Positions 1 through 10,138 are shown, numbered from the stretch's first letter. The stretch: 64,000 nt of DNA from an uncultured Bacteroidales bacterium (GCA_902779125.1 CACZAC010000015.1:4155-68154), one strand, 5' to 3'. Numbers and translations are program-made. The notes: a model not told the origin generated them from the letters alone.

Positions 1-401
1 GAATAAGGAGTGTTAGTGTCCTGGCACAACTTGAGTGCCTGGTCGACCTCACCACGGTGGATGTATTCCTTGATGCGGTCCATGAAGGAACGGTCCTGAC
101 GGCTCGCGTGGTTGATGGCGAACAGGCGTTCAAAGAAGATGTAGATGCTCACGATGGCCAGCAGTGCGAGGGGAATCATGATGAACCAGCCACCTGCCTT
201 GATGAGTTCCCACATCGAGAGTTCCTTGACAATGGGTTCGGCAGCCTCGGCAACGGGGGCTGTGGCGGCAGCAATGGCAGCTGCGCTGTCGGTGACTACC
301 TGAGCGGCAGTGTCCATAGCCTGCTGCAGGGTGTCGGTGGCCTGCTGAATCATCGTGTCGGCAGGCGTCACTTGGGCGAGAATCATGTTGAGAATTGACA
401 T
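1..401 (-). CDS. MotA/TolQ/ExbB proton channel family protein, 5' part (runs off the window edge)
   Basis: Manual minus-strand translation from ATG at 401: MSILNMILAQ...KELSMWELIKAGGWFIMIPLALLAIVSIYIFFERLFAINHASRQDRSFMDRIKEYIHRGEVDQALKLCQDTNTPYS. This is a typical Bacteroidetes ExbB/TolQ N-terminus. It is missing from the ORF track because it is truncated. Confidence 0.85.
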   Translation of the reverse strand, partial: MSILNMILAQVTPADTMIQQATDTLQQAMDTAAQVVTDSAAAIAAATAPVAEAAEPIVKELSMWELIKAGGWFIMIPLALLAIVSIYIFFERLFAINHASRQDRSFMDRIKEYIHRGEVDQALKLCQDTNTPY

Positions 402-475
402 ATTAATCTTATTTGGTTATTGCGTTGCTAATTGTTTCTATCTTTCTTTATTATTATAACGTGAAAATCACTGTT

Positions 476-1189
476 TTATTTCAAGCAGTCCTTATAAGCC
501 TGAATGGTGGCCTCAAGGCCCAAGTAGAGGGCATCGGCAATGAGTGCATGGCCTATCGAGACTTCCATGAGGTGCGGCACATGCTGCTGGAAGAACTTGA
601 GGTTGTGCAGGTTCAGGTCATGACCGGCGTTGAGGCCCATACCGACGCTGTGGGCAGCCATAGCGGCAGCAGCGAATGCAGCGACGGCGCGTTCGGGGTC
701 GTCGTCAAACTCCTCGGCAAACGGCCCAGTGTAAAGTTCAACCCTATCGGCTCCCGTGCGGGCAGCGGCACGGATATTGTCCAAATCAGTACCCACAAAG
801 ATGCTGGTGCGGATACCAGCCTCCTTCAAGCGGTCCACGATGCCAGTGAGGAATTCCATGTTGGGCAACACGTCCCAGCCAGCCGACGACGTAAGCGCCG
901 TGGGGGCATCGGGAACCAATGTCGCCTGGGTGGGACGCACCGACAACACCAGCTCCATGAACTGCTCGCTGGGGTAGCCCTCGATATTGAACTCGGTGCG
1001 CACCAAGGGTCGCAGTGCAAACACGTCACTGCGGCGAATGTGGCGCTCGTCGGGGCGGGGATGCACGGTGATGCCGTCGGCACCAAACCGTTCACAGTCC
1101 ATCGCCACCTGTTGGACATTAGGTATATTGCCACCTCGCGCATTACGCAAAGTAGCTATCTTATTGACATTTACACTCAGGTTAATCAT
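476..1189 (-). CDS. pdxJ: Pyridoxine 5'-phosphate synthase
   Basis: [51 protein letters not shown] motifs; TACTTTTG -7 box at 1265-1272 (minus). Confidence 0.97.
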   Translation of the reverse strand: MINLSVNVNKIATLRNARGGNIPNVQQVAMDCERFGADGITVHPRPDERHIRRSDVFALRPLVRTEFNIEGYPSEQFMELVLSVRPTQATLVPDAPTALTSSAGWDVLPNMEFLTGIVDRLKEAGIRTSIFVGTDLDNIRAAARTGADRVELYTGPFAEEFDDDPERAVAAFAAAAMAAHSVGMGLNAGHDLNLHNLKFFQQHVPHLMEVSIGHALIADALYLGLEATIQAYKDCLK

Positions 1190-1492
1190 TATCTTTTTCA
1201 GTTATTGTCGTCGATTGACTTTTGCCTTGCATACCCCGGTCGCGATGCCTGGGGCTACAATCTGCAAAAGTAACTATTATTTTTCACATAGTTGTGAAAA
1301 GGAATGTGAATTCTTCCAAAAAAACCATTAATAGCGGTAACAGAAAGAGATTGCCTGGCTTGATTGGTGGCACACGGTCATTCTCATTGGAATGATTGTC
1401 ATCACGCATGAAACACCTGATAAGGCATCTCGTGAGAAACCCCAAAACCGCCTCATGCAGCAAAAGAAAGCCAGTTATTCATATGGGGGTAT

Positions 1493-1526
1493 AAAAAACA
1501 ACTACCCGTCAGGATGGTGACGGGTA
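1493..1526 (-). terminator. Intrinsic terminator downstream of 1605-2048
   Basis: Stem tacccgtca/tgacgggta (1503-1526), followed on the minus strand by a U-tract (A-run at 1493-1498). Confidence 0.7.
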
Positions 1527-1604
1527 ATTATTTGGATGATGAAATGTGTGTTTTCCTCTCTTAAACCTAAGGATTACTAATTATTATAAAATCTAAACAT
1601 TCTT

Positions 1605-2048
1605 CTACATTAGTAAATCTAGGAACATCAAATATAACAATGAATCCGTATTACTTGATGGCATTTCACCACCTACTATGAGATTTGTATAACCTCTAAA
1701 TACGGACCATTTGTACGTATTCCCAGACGAGGTTGTAATAAATAGATAATATTTGATATCCTCAGGAACATCAACAGAAATCTGATAATGTTCTAACTCT
1801 CCTTCAAATGACTCAGGTGCCATATACATATTTGCAGACACATCTGTCATCCACATTGTCCAATAGCCTGAAATGCCAGTTACGGTAATATAATTGTTTG
1901 ATAACGTCACATTAGGCATTGACAAAGTAGCCTTAAACTGATCTCGGTCTCGACCCGGAGTCTGATGGGCCATATCCGGTCTATTTTGAGCCATCGCAGA
2001 CAAACTGCAGATGATGGCCAATATTGTGATGATGTAAAATCGTTTCAT
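1605..2048 (-). CDS. Small secreted hypothetical protein (possibly DUF3244-like Ig fold)
   Basis: Signal peptide MKRFYIITILAIICSLSAMAQ; beta-rich core; own -7 box (TAATTTTG, 2100-2107 minus); lies next to a TPR-HTH regulator. The DUF3244 call is inference. Confidence 0.6.
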   Translation of the reverse strand: MKRFYIITILAIICSLSAMAQNRPDMAHQTPGRDRDQFKATLSMPNVTLSNNYITVTGISGYWTMWMTDVSANMYMAPESFEGELEHYQISVDVPEDIKYYLFITTSSGNTYKWSVFRGYTNLIVGGEMPSSNTDSLLYLMFLDLLM

Positions 2049-2249
2049 AATTTCGAAATGTTTAGATTAATAAAAAATGCTGTTTAGATTTTTCTGATGC
2101 AAAATTACAGCCATTTACCGAAATGACCAAATTTTTTCGTAATACACGCTAATACATTGTTTTTTTAGATAATTGAATTTCAATGAGTTAAAAAAAAATT
2201 CATAATACAAAGCCTCACCATAAAAAAACGCTCGAAAAAAAGCATTTTT

Positions 2250-3968
2250 TCACTCCTTTTCGCTAGGGTATTCTCGTTTTTCGTTCCGCTCGATGTACTC
2301 ATTGAGCGAACAATCGAGTCCCATCTTCTTGGCCAGGCGCTGCTTGATGACACTCACGCTGGTCGCATTGGAGTAACCCATGATGATTGCCGTTTGGATA
2401 TAAGAGTAGCCCATGCAAGTGAGAGCCAATAGCAACAAGTCCTTTTCGTTGAGCTGAGGATATTGTTCACGGGTTCGTGTCATGATATTGTTGTGCTCCA
2501 TGTCGATGTAATCATAGAGCTTGACCCAATTCTCCCGGTTGCTGTCCTGGAACTTGACGATGCGCTTCATATTCTCGGCAATGCGGTTGTTGGGCTCATG
2601 ATAGCAGGCATCAATCATCTCACGCATCATGCCCATGTGTGAAGAGATAAAGCTCTTGAGGCGCTCATCGTTGATTTTCAGCTCATTGATGCTGCCTTGC
2701 AAGCCAGACAAATCCTGCATTTGGTTGCGAGACTGATCTTTAAGTTCAAGCACCAGTTTGTCATAACGGTGTGCCCGACGATAGAACAGCAATGCCAGCA
2801 ACAGCAGCAACAGCATCATACCAGCCATGAGATAATATCTAGCACGACGATCAGCATCCTGCTTCTCCTTGAATTGCTTTTCCCAATCTATTTCAGCGTT
2901 CATGACTTTGAGTACACCTAAATCCCTGGAAAGAGAAAAAGATACGCTATCACATTCATGACTCAACTTATAATACTCACGCATATTACCCCGAGCCTTA
3001 GCAATTTGACTCATTGGCTCTAAGTAGGTATTCGATTGATAGAAAGATGGATCGCTACCATATTGCCGCTCAGCCAAGTCTAAGAACAATGAAGCCGAAT
3101 CCACTTTACCTTTGTTAGCATATACACTAGCAAATGTTGCATATTCAGTATCCGCAAGCTTATCTAAATAATTTAATCTCAAAATCAGCTGCAACTCCTG
3201 GTAGGCTTTGTTTAAAACCATTGCGGATGAATCCTTACCAACTTTGGCACTTTGCATGAAATACAGATAAGCCAAATTAGCGACACAGTGGACATAATTC
3301 GCCGTATCCTTTTCATTCTTAGCCAATAAGATAGCTTCATTCAAAATATCCTCCGCTTTCTCAGCATTGCGATATCTATAGAGGCCTCCCAAATCCTTCA
3401 GACTGATAATCAGGTAGTGGTTGTTTTTTACCTTCCTGAAACTCTCTACAGCATCTTCATACTTCTCAATGTCACGACCATCAAAAGCATGGTGCCGCTT
3501 ATAGAGACTACCCATGCGCAACTGGGCATAGCCACGGTTAAAATCGTCCTTTTCATCGGCATAAACTTCCGCCCTCTTAAAATAAAACATGGCAGAATCT
3601 TCCCTACCAAGTTCCTGAGAAACAGCACCTTTATAGATATTGGAGCGGGTATATTTCTCCTTATCGGACTGATGGTCAGCGTAATAGTCCAACGTACGTT
3701 GAATGATGCTGTCGTTGGCGTTTGTCAAGGCATCATAGTTGATATAGCATGCCTGGGTAAGCAACAGGTTGTAATAAGCCTCATCGGCATCATTGAGGTC
3801 ATTCGGGTTGATATCCAACAGAATCGCCTTGGCTTGAGCCGGCTGCGTTGCCACGATACTATCCACCTCGACCAGACGCTTGTCATAGTCGGGGACACGA
3901 CCGCAACTGACAGAAAGAACCGCCAGCGTGCTGATAATAAGCCATATATACACATGAGTTCTTATCAT
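2250..3968 (-). CDS. Lipoprotein-signal TPR sensor with TM helix and C-terminal LuxR-like HTH (Bacteroidetes one-component regulator)
   Basis: LAVLSVSC lipobox-like signal; TPR helices; TM YYLMAGMMLLLLLLALLFY; C-terminal LNEKDLLLLALTCMGYSYIQTAIIMGYSNATSVSVIKQRLAKKMGL. Confidence 0.8.
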   Translation of the reverse strand: MIRTHVYIWLIISTLAVLSVSCGRVPDYDKRLVEVDSIVATQPAQAKAILLDINPNDLNDADEAYYNLLLTQACYINYDALTNANDSIIQRTLDYYADHQSDKEKYTRSNIYKGAVSQELGREDSAMFYFKRAEVYADEKDDFNRGYAQLRMGSLYKRHHAFDGRDIEKYEDAVESFRKVKNNHYLIISLKDLGGLYRYRNAEKAEDILNEAILLAKNEKDTANYVHCVANLAYLYFMQSAKVGKDSSAMVLNKAYQELQLILRLNYLDKLADTEYATFASVYANKGKVDSASLFLDLAERQYGSDPSFYQSNTYLEPMSQIAKARGNMREYYKLSHECDSVSFSLSRDLGVLKVMNAEIDWEKQFKEKQDADRRARYYLMAGMMLLLLLLALLFYRRAHRYDKLVLELKDQSRNQMQDLSGLQGSINELKINDERLKSFISSHMGMMREMIDACYHEPNNRIAENMKRIVKFQDSNRENWVKLYDYIDMEHNNIMTRTREQYPQLNEKDLLLLALTCMGYSYIQTAIIMGYSNATSVSVIKQRLAKKMGLDCSLNEYIERNEKREYPSEKE

Positions 3969-4076
3969 CCAACTGCAAAGATAATAATAATTTTTGATTG
4001 CAAACTATTTTTGCTTTATATTTAATAATGTGTAACTATTTTTTTGCAAAACCGGTATGTTATTACATTTTTACTT

Positions 4077-4113
4077 AAAAACACCCGATTTCATCGATGA
4101 AATCAGGTGTTTT
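4077..4113 (-). terminator. Intrinsic terminator closing the VTC operon
   Basis: aaaaacacc-c-gatttcat-cg-atgaaatc-a-ggtgtttt inverted repeat just after the 4137 stop. Confidence 0.75.
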
Positions 4114-4136
4114 CTTATTCAATAACTCGATTGTGA

Positions 4137-5489
4137 TTAGTAGTATATCTCCACGAGACGTTTATCCTCGTGGTTGTATGTCGTGTATCCGTCGGCGACC
4201 GTCAGTTCGCCGTCAACGTCAAGCGCCTTGCCGTTGGGTGCGCAGCTATAGAAGGAGCCGCCACTGATAATACAGTCGGTGTCACATTTCACACCCTTGG
4301 GCGCCACACTCATCTGCTTGCCGGTCAGCACCACATTCAGCTCACCGCCCGTGAAGCGGAAAGGCTGAGCCACATTGATACCCTTGGCGTCATCTCCAGT
4401 ACACTTCACATTAAGAATGCCGCCTGTCATGGTGATATTGTAGTCTGCCTTTACGCCAGCACATCCGGTAGACAGTTCATTACCAAGAGAATCGGTCTCG
4501 AGGCTGGAGGTACCGCTTGTAATGATGGTGGTGCGTCCGCCAGTGATGTAAACCAGGCTGTCACAGTTGATGCCCTTAGCTCCATCGGCAGCGATTTCCA
4601 TGTTGATGACACCGCCCTTGATGTGGACATAGTCCTTGGCCTTGATGCCGTGGCCACTGGTGCTGTTGAGGTAGAGCTTGCTGCCCGGTCGCACAAAGAT
4701 AAAGTCATCGCTCGCCATGCAGTGCTTGCCGACGCTGTAGATATTGAGGGGGCCCTTGCCGCTGACCAGAATCTGTCCCTCGCTGAAGAGCGCTGCCTTC
4801 TGGTCCTCGCCTTCCACCATATCGTAGTTCTCACCGTCGCGCAGGGTATTGACTGTACCCTCGTTAGACACGACATAGAGTGACTTGCCGCACTGGTTGT
4901 TGACGGCAGCGCCATGCGGGTTGGTGATGTCCACGCCATTAAGCTGCAACTGGAATTTCTTATCACTGTAGAACTTAAGCGAACCGTTGGTAGTGGTGCC
5001 TGACACAATATAGCGCACTCGCTTGGCAGCGCTGGTAATGGTCACATGGGCGCCATCGATAGAGGGTATAATCGATGCGGAGTTGCCCGTCACAGTTGCT
5101 GTCTCGCCGTCAAAGGTAATCATCACAGTTGTTGACCAGGTTGTATTCTCCACATAGTCCTCAAAATCAGGATCATCCTCATCATCGGTGAACGTCTCCT
5201 TCGGCTCGTTGAGTTCAGAGAAGTCCAGTTCTATCTCCTTGGGGACCACTTCGTCGATGACGGGGCCATTAAGGATGATATCGATGATTGCGTTCACATC
5301 GCCCACCGTGATTTCTCCATCCTTATTCACATCAACGTCCAGATTTCCAGTATTGTTCACGATGGCATTGATGACCACATTCACGTCACTGACGGTCACC
5401 TCGCCATCGTTATTCACGTCTCCTTTCAATGCCGAAGCGTGAAATGCTATCACCGCAAACGACAATGCCAACAATAAAAGCTTTTTCAT
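4137..5489 (-). CDS. Secreted protein: N-terminal dockerin-like repeat plus Cthe_2159 (DUF4353) beta-helix carbohydrate-binding domain
   Basis: Signal peptide; KGDVNNDGEVTVSDVN...DVNKDGEITVGDVN EF-hand pair; GSLKFYS, NNQCGK, AALFSEGQI, SDDFI, GHGIKAKD, GINCD beta-helix repeats. Confidence 0.85.
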   Translation of the reverse strand: MKKLLLLALSFAVIAFHASALKGDVNNDGEVTVSDVNVVINAIVNNTGNLDVDVNKDGEITVGDVNAIIDIILNGPVIDEVVPKEIELDFSELNEPKETFTDDEDDPDFEDYVENTTWSTTVMITFDGETATVTGNSASIIPSIDGAHVTITSAAKRVRYIVSGTTTNGSLKFYSDKKFQLQLNGVDITNPHGAAVNNQCGKSLYVVSNEGTVNTLRDGENYDMVEGEDQKAALFSEGQILVSGKGPLNIYSVGKHCMASDDFIFVRPGSKLYLNSTSGHGIKAKDYVHIKGGVINMEIAADGAKGINCDSLVYITGGRTTIITSGTSSLETDSLGNELSTGCAGVKADYNITMTGGILNVKCTGDDAKGINVAQPFRFTGGELNVVLTGKQMSVAPKGVKCDTDCIISGGSFYSCAPNGKALDVDGELTVADGYTTYNHEDKRLVEIYY

Positions 5490-5523
5490 ATTGTGATAGT
5501 AACCCGTTTAACTTGAGGTTCAG

Positions 5524-6738
5524 TTAATAAGCGATAATCAACAACTTTGGACCATGGTCCAAAGTCTTGTAGCCCGCGGCGACATCGGTCGTTCCTGAGA
5601 CGTCTATAGGGTCGCTGCGCTTGCTGTAAGCATAGAAATAACCGGCACTGATGCTGAAGTTGCCGTCGATTTTCACACCCTTTGGACTCTTCTCCTCGGC
5701 CGTTCCCGTTGCTACAGCTTCAAGCGAACCACCGGAGATGACTACGTTCTGCTTGGCATTGACACCCTTGCCGCCATCGCCAGTCGCCTTGAGTCTGATA
5801 ATCCCACTATTAACAGTCATCAACATGTCGCAATAGAGCGCTGCACAGGCCGTTGTATCGGTAACATCCTCGACCTCAATCCTGGTGTCGCCATGACTGA
5901 TGGCCGTGAGCCGCCCGCCGTTAACGGTCAAGGGACCGCCACTGCGCACACCCTTGGCACCCGCTCCAGAGGTTTCCACATTGATGACACCGCCGTCAAG
6001 GGTGATGCCATCGTTGGCACGCAGACCATCAAGAGCCGTGCTGTTCACATGGATTTTAACACCCGGCCTCACACGGATATAGTCATCGCTGCGGATACCG
6101 CCACGCCCCACAGCATTGACTGTGAGCGAGCCCTTGCCGCTGAAGATAATCTGTCCCTCGCTGAAGAGCGCTGCCTTCTGGTCCTCGTCATCAACCATGA
6201 TATAGTCAGCGCCATCGGCCAAATGGTTATTTGAGCCCTCGGCGAGCACAATATACATGGATTTGCCACCTTGGTTGTTGATGGCAGCACCCGTGGGATT
6301 GGCGATGTTAGCGCCATTGAGCAACAGCTGGAAGCGCTTGTCACCATAGAACTTGAGCGAACCGTTGGCTGTAGTGCCACTCACAACGAACTTGATTGGT
6401 CCTACTATGTTGGTTATCGTCAAATGGGCACCGTTGCGCTGAATGGCCAAGCCTGGCACGCTGCCGTCAACAGTGGCCGTTTCACCATTGAAGGTGATGT
6501 TGACGACCCTGTTCCAATCAGTATTCTCAACATAGTCGTTATAAGTTGTATCAGCCTCATCGGTAACGGGCACATCGGCAGCCTCGGCAAGAGCAGAGAA
6601 GTCCAACTCAATCTCAACGGGTTGAATCTGATACTGCTTGATGACTTCGTCGAGGTCGGTATCGTCTTTCACACACGATGACAATGCCAGCATAACCACC
6701 GTCATCAATAGGCCAAAGTAATGAAATCTCTTGTTCAT
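5524..6738 (-). CDS. Lipoprotein with Cthe_2159 (DUF4353) carbohydrate-binding domain
   Basis: LALSSC lipobox; paralog of 4137-5489 (GSLKFYG, NNQGGK, AALFSEGQI, GIRSDDYI, GLRAND). Confidence 0.85.
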   Translation of the reverse strand: MNKRFHYFGLLMTVVMLALSSCVKDDTDLDEVIKQYQIQPVEIELDFSALAEAADVPVTDEADTTYNDYVENTDWNRVVNITFNGETATVDGSVPGLAIQRNGAHLTITNIVGPIKFVVSGTTANGSLKFYGDKRFQLLLNGANIANPTGAAINNQGGKSMYIVLAEGSNNHLADGADYIMVDDEDQKAALFSEGQIIFSGKGSLTVNAVGRGGIRSDDYIRVRPGVKIHVNSTALDGLRANDGITLDGGVINVETSGAGAKGVRSGGPLTVNGGRLTAISHGDTRIEVEDVTDTTACAALYCDMLMTVNSGIIRLKATGDGGKGVNAKQNVVISGGSLEAVATGTAEEKSPKGVKIDGNFSISAGYFYAYSKRSDPIDVSGTTDVAAGYKTLDHGPKLLIIAY

Positions 6739-6744
6739 AGCGGT

Positions 6745-7491
6745 TTAAAACTTAAAGGAGTATCCCATGCCCAACATGTGGATATTAGGGTCTCCATTGG
6801 TCAATTGATAACGGTAGTAAAGCTTGAAATTGTGTTTCTTTTTCAATGCGTAGTTCACACCAGCAATTATGCGTGTCTTGTCCAGCTTTTTGCTCGTGTG
6901 GAATTCAACGCTGGCATAGGGGTCAAACTTGCATTTGGGAATGTCCCAGTCCAACTGCAGTCGGCTGCGCAGCACGTTCTTGCCCTTGCCCTTCACCTCG
7001 TGGTCCTCCCACTCACCCTCGTCAAAGTCGAAATTGTCAATCATCTTGGACGGGCGATAGGTGTATTGCCAGCGCTCACGCAGGCTCAATTCCACCCGCT
7101 GCACCTTGTAACTGCCAGTGAGCATCACGTTGAAACGATGACGCACACCCCAGTAACTGGGACGCCAGTTGTTGTAACTGTTGTCGTCATGATAGGAAAG
7201 TGTCTCCGGGTTATTCTCAATGAGCAGGGCATAACTGACGCCCGCCTTGAGCCACGGCAGCAGCTTGTAACTCATATTGGCTTCCAAACTAACACGCTCG
7301 GCGGTACGGAAGTTGTTGCGGGAACGGAATTCCGCATCAAAACCCGCAGTCAACTTTTTATTAAACTTGTGCGATGTTCCCGCCGAAACAATCAACCCGG
7401 CATCGTCGGCTAGCGACGGTGTCGGGAGAAGCGCTGAGCAGACCAGCAGCATCAAGCACGCTATCAGTTGTTTTCTTTTACTTCTTGCCAT
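6745..7491 (-). CDS. DUF2490 family outer-membrane beta-barrel
   Basis: Signal peptide, alternating beta-strands, RERWQYT, LRSRLQLDW, C-terminal GYSFKF. Confidence 0.8.
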   Translation of the reverse strand: MARSKRKQLIACLMLLVCSALLPTPSLADDAGLIVSAGTSHKFNKKLTAGFDAEFRSRNNFRTAERVSLEANMSYKLLPWLKAGVSYALLIENNPETLSYHDDNSYNNWRPSYWGVRHRFNVMLTGSYKVQRVELSLRERWQYTYRPSKMIDNFDFDEGEWEDHEVKGKGKNVLRSRLQLDWDIPKCKFDPYASVEFHTSKKLDKTRIIAGVNYALKKKHNFKLYYRYQLTNGDPNIHMLGMGYSFKF

Positions 7492-8204
7492 TCGTCCTTT
7501 TGAATTTTCAACGTGTTGTTCACGTGACTTCCACCTCCGCCATCGTTCTCGTATTCTATCTTGATGATGGCTGTATCCTTGAGGAAGTCGATGGAGCCAA
7601 TATTAATCTTGGTAATCTTCAAGCCGGTGCGCTTCTGAAGGTCCTCAAGAAGTTCCTCGCGGCGCTCAGGCGTGATGAGTTCGATGCGGTCATACAGCAA
7701 CAGTTTGGTGGCCAGATTGCGGCGCAACACATAGGTCTCAAAGAACCAAATGAGCAACGCTATCGCCACATTGGGCACCAGCAGTTCGACAAAACTCAAC
7801 GAGTCGGCCAGCGCATTGATGACCGAAAGGCTGATGACACCGAACATATAGGACATCTCGCGCACGGGAATCGTCTCGGTGCGATATCGCAACACGCCGA
7901 AAATGGCAAACAATCCCAGGGCGAAACCAATCTTCACCTTTACACTTCCTAATAGGTAAATCAGGAAGAAGATGCTCACGCTCAGCAGCACGAGTGTAAA
8001 GAAGTAGTCGCGACGATGTGTCTTGCGGTAATACAAGAAATAGACGATAAAGAACAACACCACCATAAAGAAACCGAAGCGCAACAACATCTCGGTCACT
8101 CCAGCGGCATCAAACCATCTGAAACTTGGGACTACACCACTCACGACATCCTGTATCGCTTCGGCGCCGTCCTCTATTGGTGAAAAATCCTGTAATACTC
8201 TCAT
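7464..8204 (-). CDS. DUF4956 membrane protein
   Basis: FTLVLLS, GFALGLFAIFGVLRYRT, REMSYMF, YDRIELI motifs; typical neighbour of VTC-domain genes. Confidence 0.9.
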   Translation of the reverse strand: MRVLQDFSPIEDGAEAIQDVVSGVVPSFRWFDAAGVTEMLLRFGFFMVVLFFIVYFLYYRKTHRRDYFFTLVLLSVSIFFLIYLLGSVKVKIGFALGLFAIFGVLRYRTETIPVREMSYMFGVISLSVINALADSLSFVELLVPNVAIALLIWFFETYVLRRNLATKLLLYDRIELITPERREELLEDLQKRTGLKITKINIGSIDFLKDTAIIKIEYENDGGGGSHVNNTLKIQKDEWQEVKENN

Positions 8205-8246
8205 AGTTGTGTTTTTTCTCTTTATCTTAAGTGGTTAATGTTGATC

Positions 8247-9044
8247 TCATTGAAGTTGAGCGCGCGACAAAAAGCGTTCCACCATTCGCAGCCGCTCCTT
8301 GAAGTTGTTGCGTTTCAAGTCTGGGTTGGTCAATGCCGACCCCATGCAATACTTGCTGAAACCGCACGGTTTGATGCGCAAATCGCGCAGCATTCCCAAG
8401 ATGGGTGACGGTTGCAGGCCATCGCGTTTCAGCTCGATAATGACAAGTCCTGTCAAATCTCGGTCACGACCCGTCTGGAGATTATGGAACTTTAATTCGC
8501 TGTCGATAGTCAAGCGCTCGGTTTTGGCCTTATTGACCAGGGTGATGCGCCTGAAATTATTTTCCAAATGCTCAGTCAGGATGGTCGGGTCGTAGCGCAA
8601 ATGCTTGCGCAGGAACCCATCATAACTCCTGTATTGGTCATCTTGGCGCAAGAAGCGGATGCCGTGGTCGGGGTTCATTGGGTCGAAACCAACCATATCA
8701 ACACGCTTCTTCTTGGTGCGTCCGTGGTTATTCTTGGTCTTCACCTCCAGGAAATTCAGCCCCGAGTCCACATAGGAGCGGATGCGGAGTTTCTGGCGTC
8801 CGGCATGACCGTTCTGATGCACGATATACATGGTATTGTCGGGCGTGTCAAAGTAGGCAGTGTAGTATAAGGCTCGGCGATTACCGTCAATGTCCTGAAC
8901 GCGATAGTCGTCATGGGCAATCATCAACAGTTCCTTGAGCCGGTCAACCGTCGTGACAAATTTGGTGTCGGTGCGGTTCATCAGCTTGATACCACTCATC
9001 TCATCGAGGGTAATAGGGTCGTATGTCCTGAGGATGCTGTCCAT
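8247..9044 (-). CDS. VTC (polyphosphate polymerase) domain protein, CYTH/TTM fold
   Basis: LMNRTDTKF, YYTAYFDT, KLRIRSY, FLEVKTK, RITLVN, ERLTID, IIELKRD, FSKYC. Start moved to ATG 9044 because a TATATTTG -7 box (9054-9061) overlaps the ORF-track TTG. Confidence 0.9.
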   Translation of the reverse strand: MDSILRTYDPITLDEMSGIKLMNRTDTKFVTTVDRLKELLMIAHDDYRVQDIDGNRRALYYTAYFDTPDNTMYIVHQNGHAGRQKLRIRSYVDSGLNFLEVKTKNNHGRTKKKRVDMVGFDPMNPDHGIRFLRQDDQYRSYDGFLRKHLRYDPTILTEHLENNFRRITLVNKAKTERLTIDSELKFHNLQTGRDRDLTGLVIIELKRDGLQPSPILGMLRDLRIKPCGFSKYCMGSALTNPDLKRNNFKERLRMVERFLSRAQLQ

Positions 9045-9267
9045 TTTGAGGTGCAAATATATATACTTTTTAACGCATCACACCACAATGCATTGTGCAT
9101 TTTGCTTTAAATTCAACAAATTATTGATATTCATCAACAAAACCACACCTCATGAATTCTTTATGATTCAATGCAGCAATACACATCCACACACCTAAAC
9201 TTTGCCCGATAAAACCAATCGGACAACGTTTTGAGGTCGTCTGTCATCAATGTGAGTCAACAGCAAA

Positions 9268-9954
9268 TTACCGTGCAGGAGCCATCTCGAAGCCCAAACG
9301 CACGCCATCGTACTGCTTACTGAGGTCTCCCACAGTCTGAATGGTGCTGTTGCCACTTAGGGCAGCTGCCACCTGGAGAATCTTCAACAGGTTCTTGCTC
9401 TCGAAGGTGAGTCCCAAACCGTTGGAGGTTCGGGTAATATAAGCAGTGGTAGAAAAGAGCATAGTCTGCAGCTTGATGGCACCGCTGGACGGGTCATAAC
9501 TGTAAGAGCCACTCAAAGGAATGCCCTTGATCTTGCCTGCGAACTGGTGATCCTGAGTAAACTGGAACTGCGTATTCTGTGCGCTGATACCCACACTGTT
9601 ATAAACAGGCAGCAGTTTCTCCTTGCAGTTGGCGGCAGCAATGGCGCCACCGGCCTTGGCAAGCAGATTCTCGCTAGTGAAAGCGCAAGCAGGTTCGGTA
9701 TAATACCAAGCGCCATACAGTTCCTGCTCATTAATCTTGACACTGCCAATCACCAGCCCCAACAGGCCGTCAACGGTGTTCTGGGAACCCAGGGTGCCCA
9801 ACACACCGCCCAGCACACTGCCCAACACGTCGCCTAGGGTTCCGTTGCCGTTCTCGCCACTGGTACCCGAGCCCATGCCCATATTACCGAGCATCGTACA
9901 GCCACTGCCCAACAGCAACAGGGCTGCCAACATTGTCGTGTAAATCTTCTTCAT
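9268..9954 (-). CDS. DUF4923 family lipoprotein (lipocalin-like)
   Basis: LLGSGC lipobox; GAWYYTEPACAFTSENLLAKAGG and YDGVRLGFEM motifs. Confidence 0.85.
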   Translation of the reverse strand: MKKIYTTMLAALLLLGSGCTMLGNMGMGSGTSGENGNGTLGDVLGSVLGGVLGTLGSQNTVDGLLGLVIGSVKINEQELYGAWYYTEPACAFTSENLLAKAGGAIAAANCKEKLLPVYNSVGISAQNTQFQFTQDHQFAGKIKGIPLSGSYSYDPSSGAIKLQTMLFSTTAYITRTSNGLGLTFESKNLLKILQVAAALSGNSTIQTVGDLSKQYDGVRLGFEMAPAR

Positions 9955-10138
9955 CTCTTATGATATTTAATGATTTTAATTGTTCTGTTGGTGCAAATAT
10001 AGCTAAATAATGCGAATAGCCAACCAGTTTTGCTGAAATTTAGGCCAATTCATGAAAAACTATGATTATTTTCCAAAAAACTGGAATTTTTACTACCTTT
10101 GCGACAGACATGAACCGATAAAACGTGACCACTGCAAA

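Noticed and set aside
413-1273. Long plus-strand ORFs opposite real genes (also 4170-4883, 6721-7413, 36065-36991, 40183-41109, 46582-49086, 53648-54505, 55530-57251, 57915-58586)
   Set aside because: Antisense shadows caused by high GC3 in the true genes; no motifs or signals of their own.
10052-10138. N-terminal extensions in the ORF track (also 9045-9056, 14387-14434, 37007-37051, 41086-41139, 53422-53472)
   Set aside because: They overlap -7 promoter boxes or neighbouring genes; downstream ATGs fit the family N-termini better.
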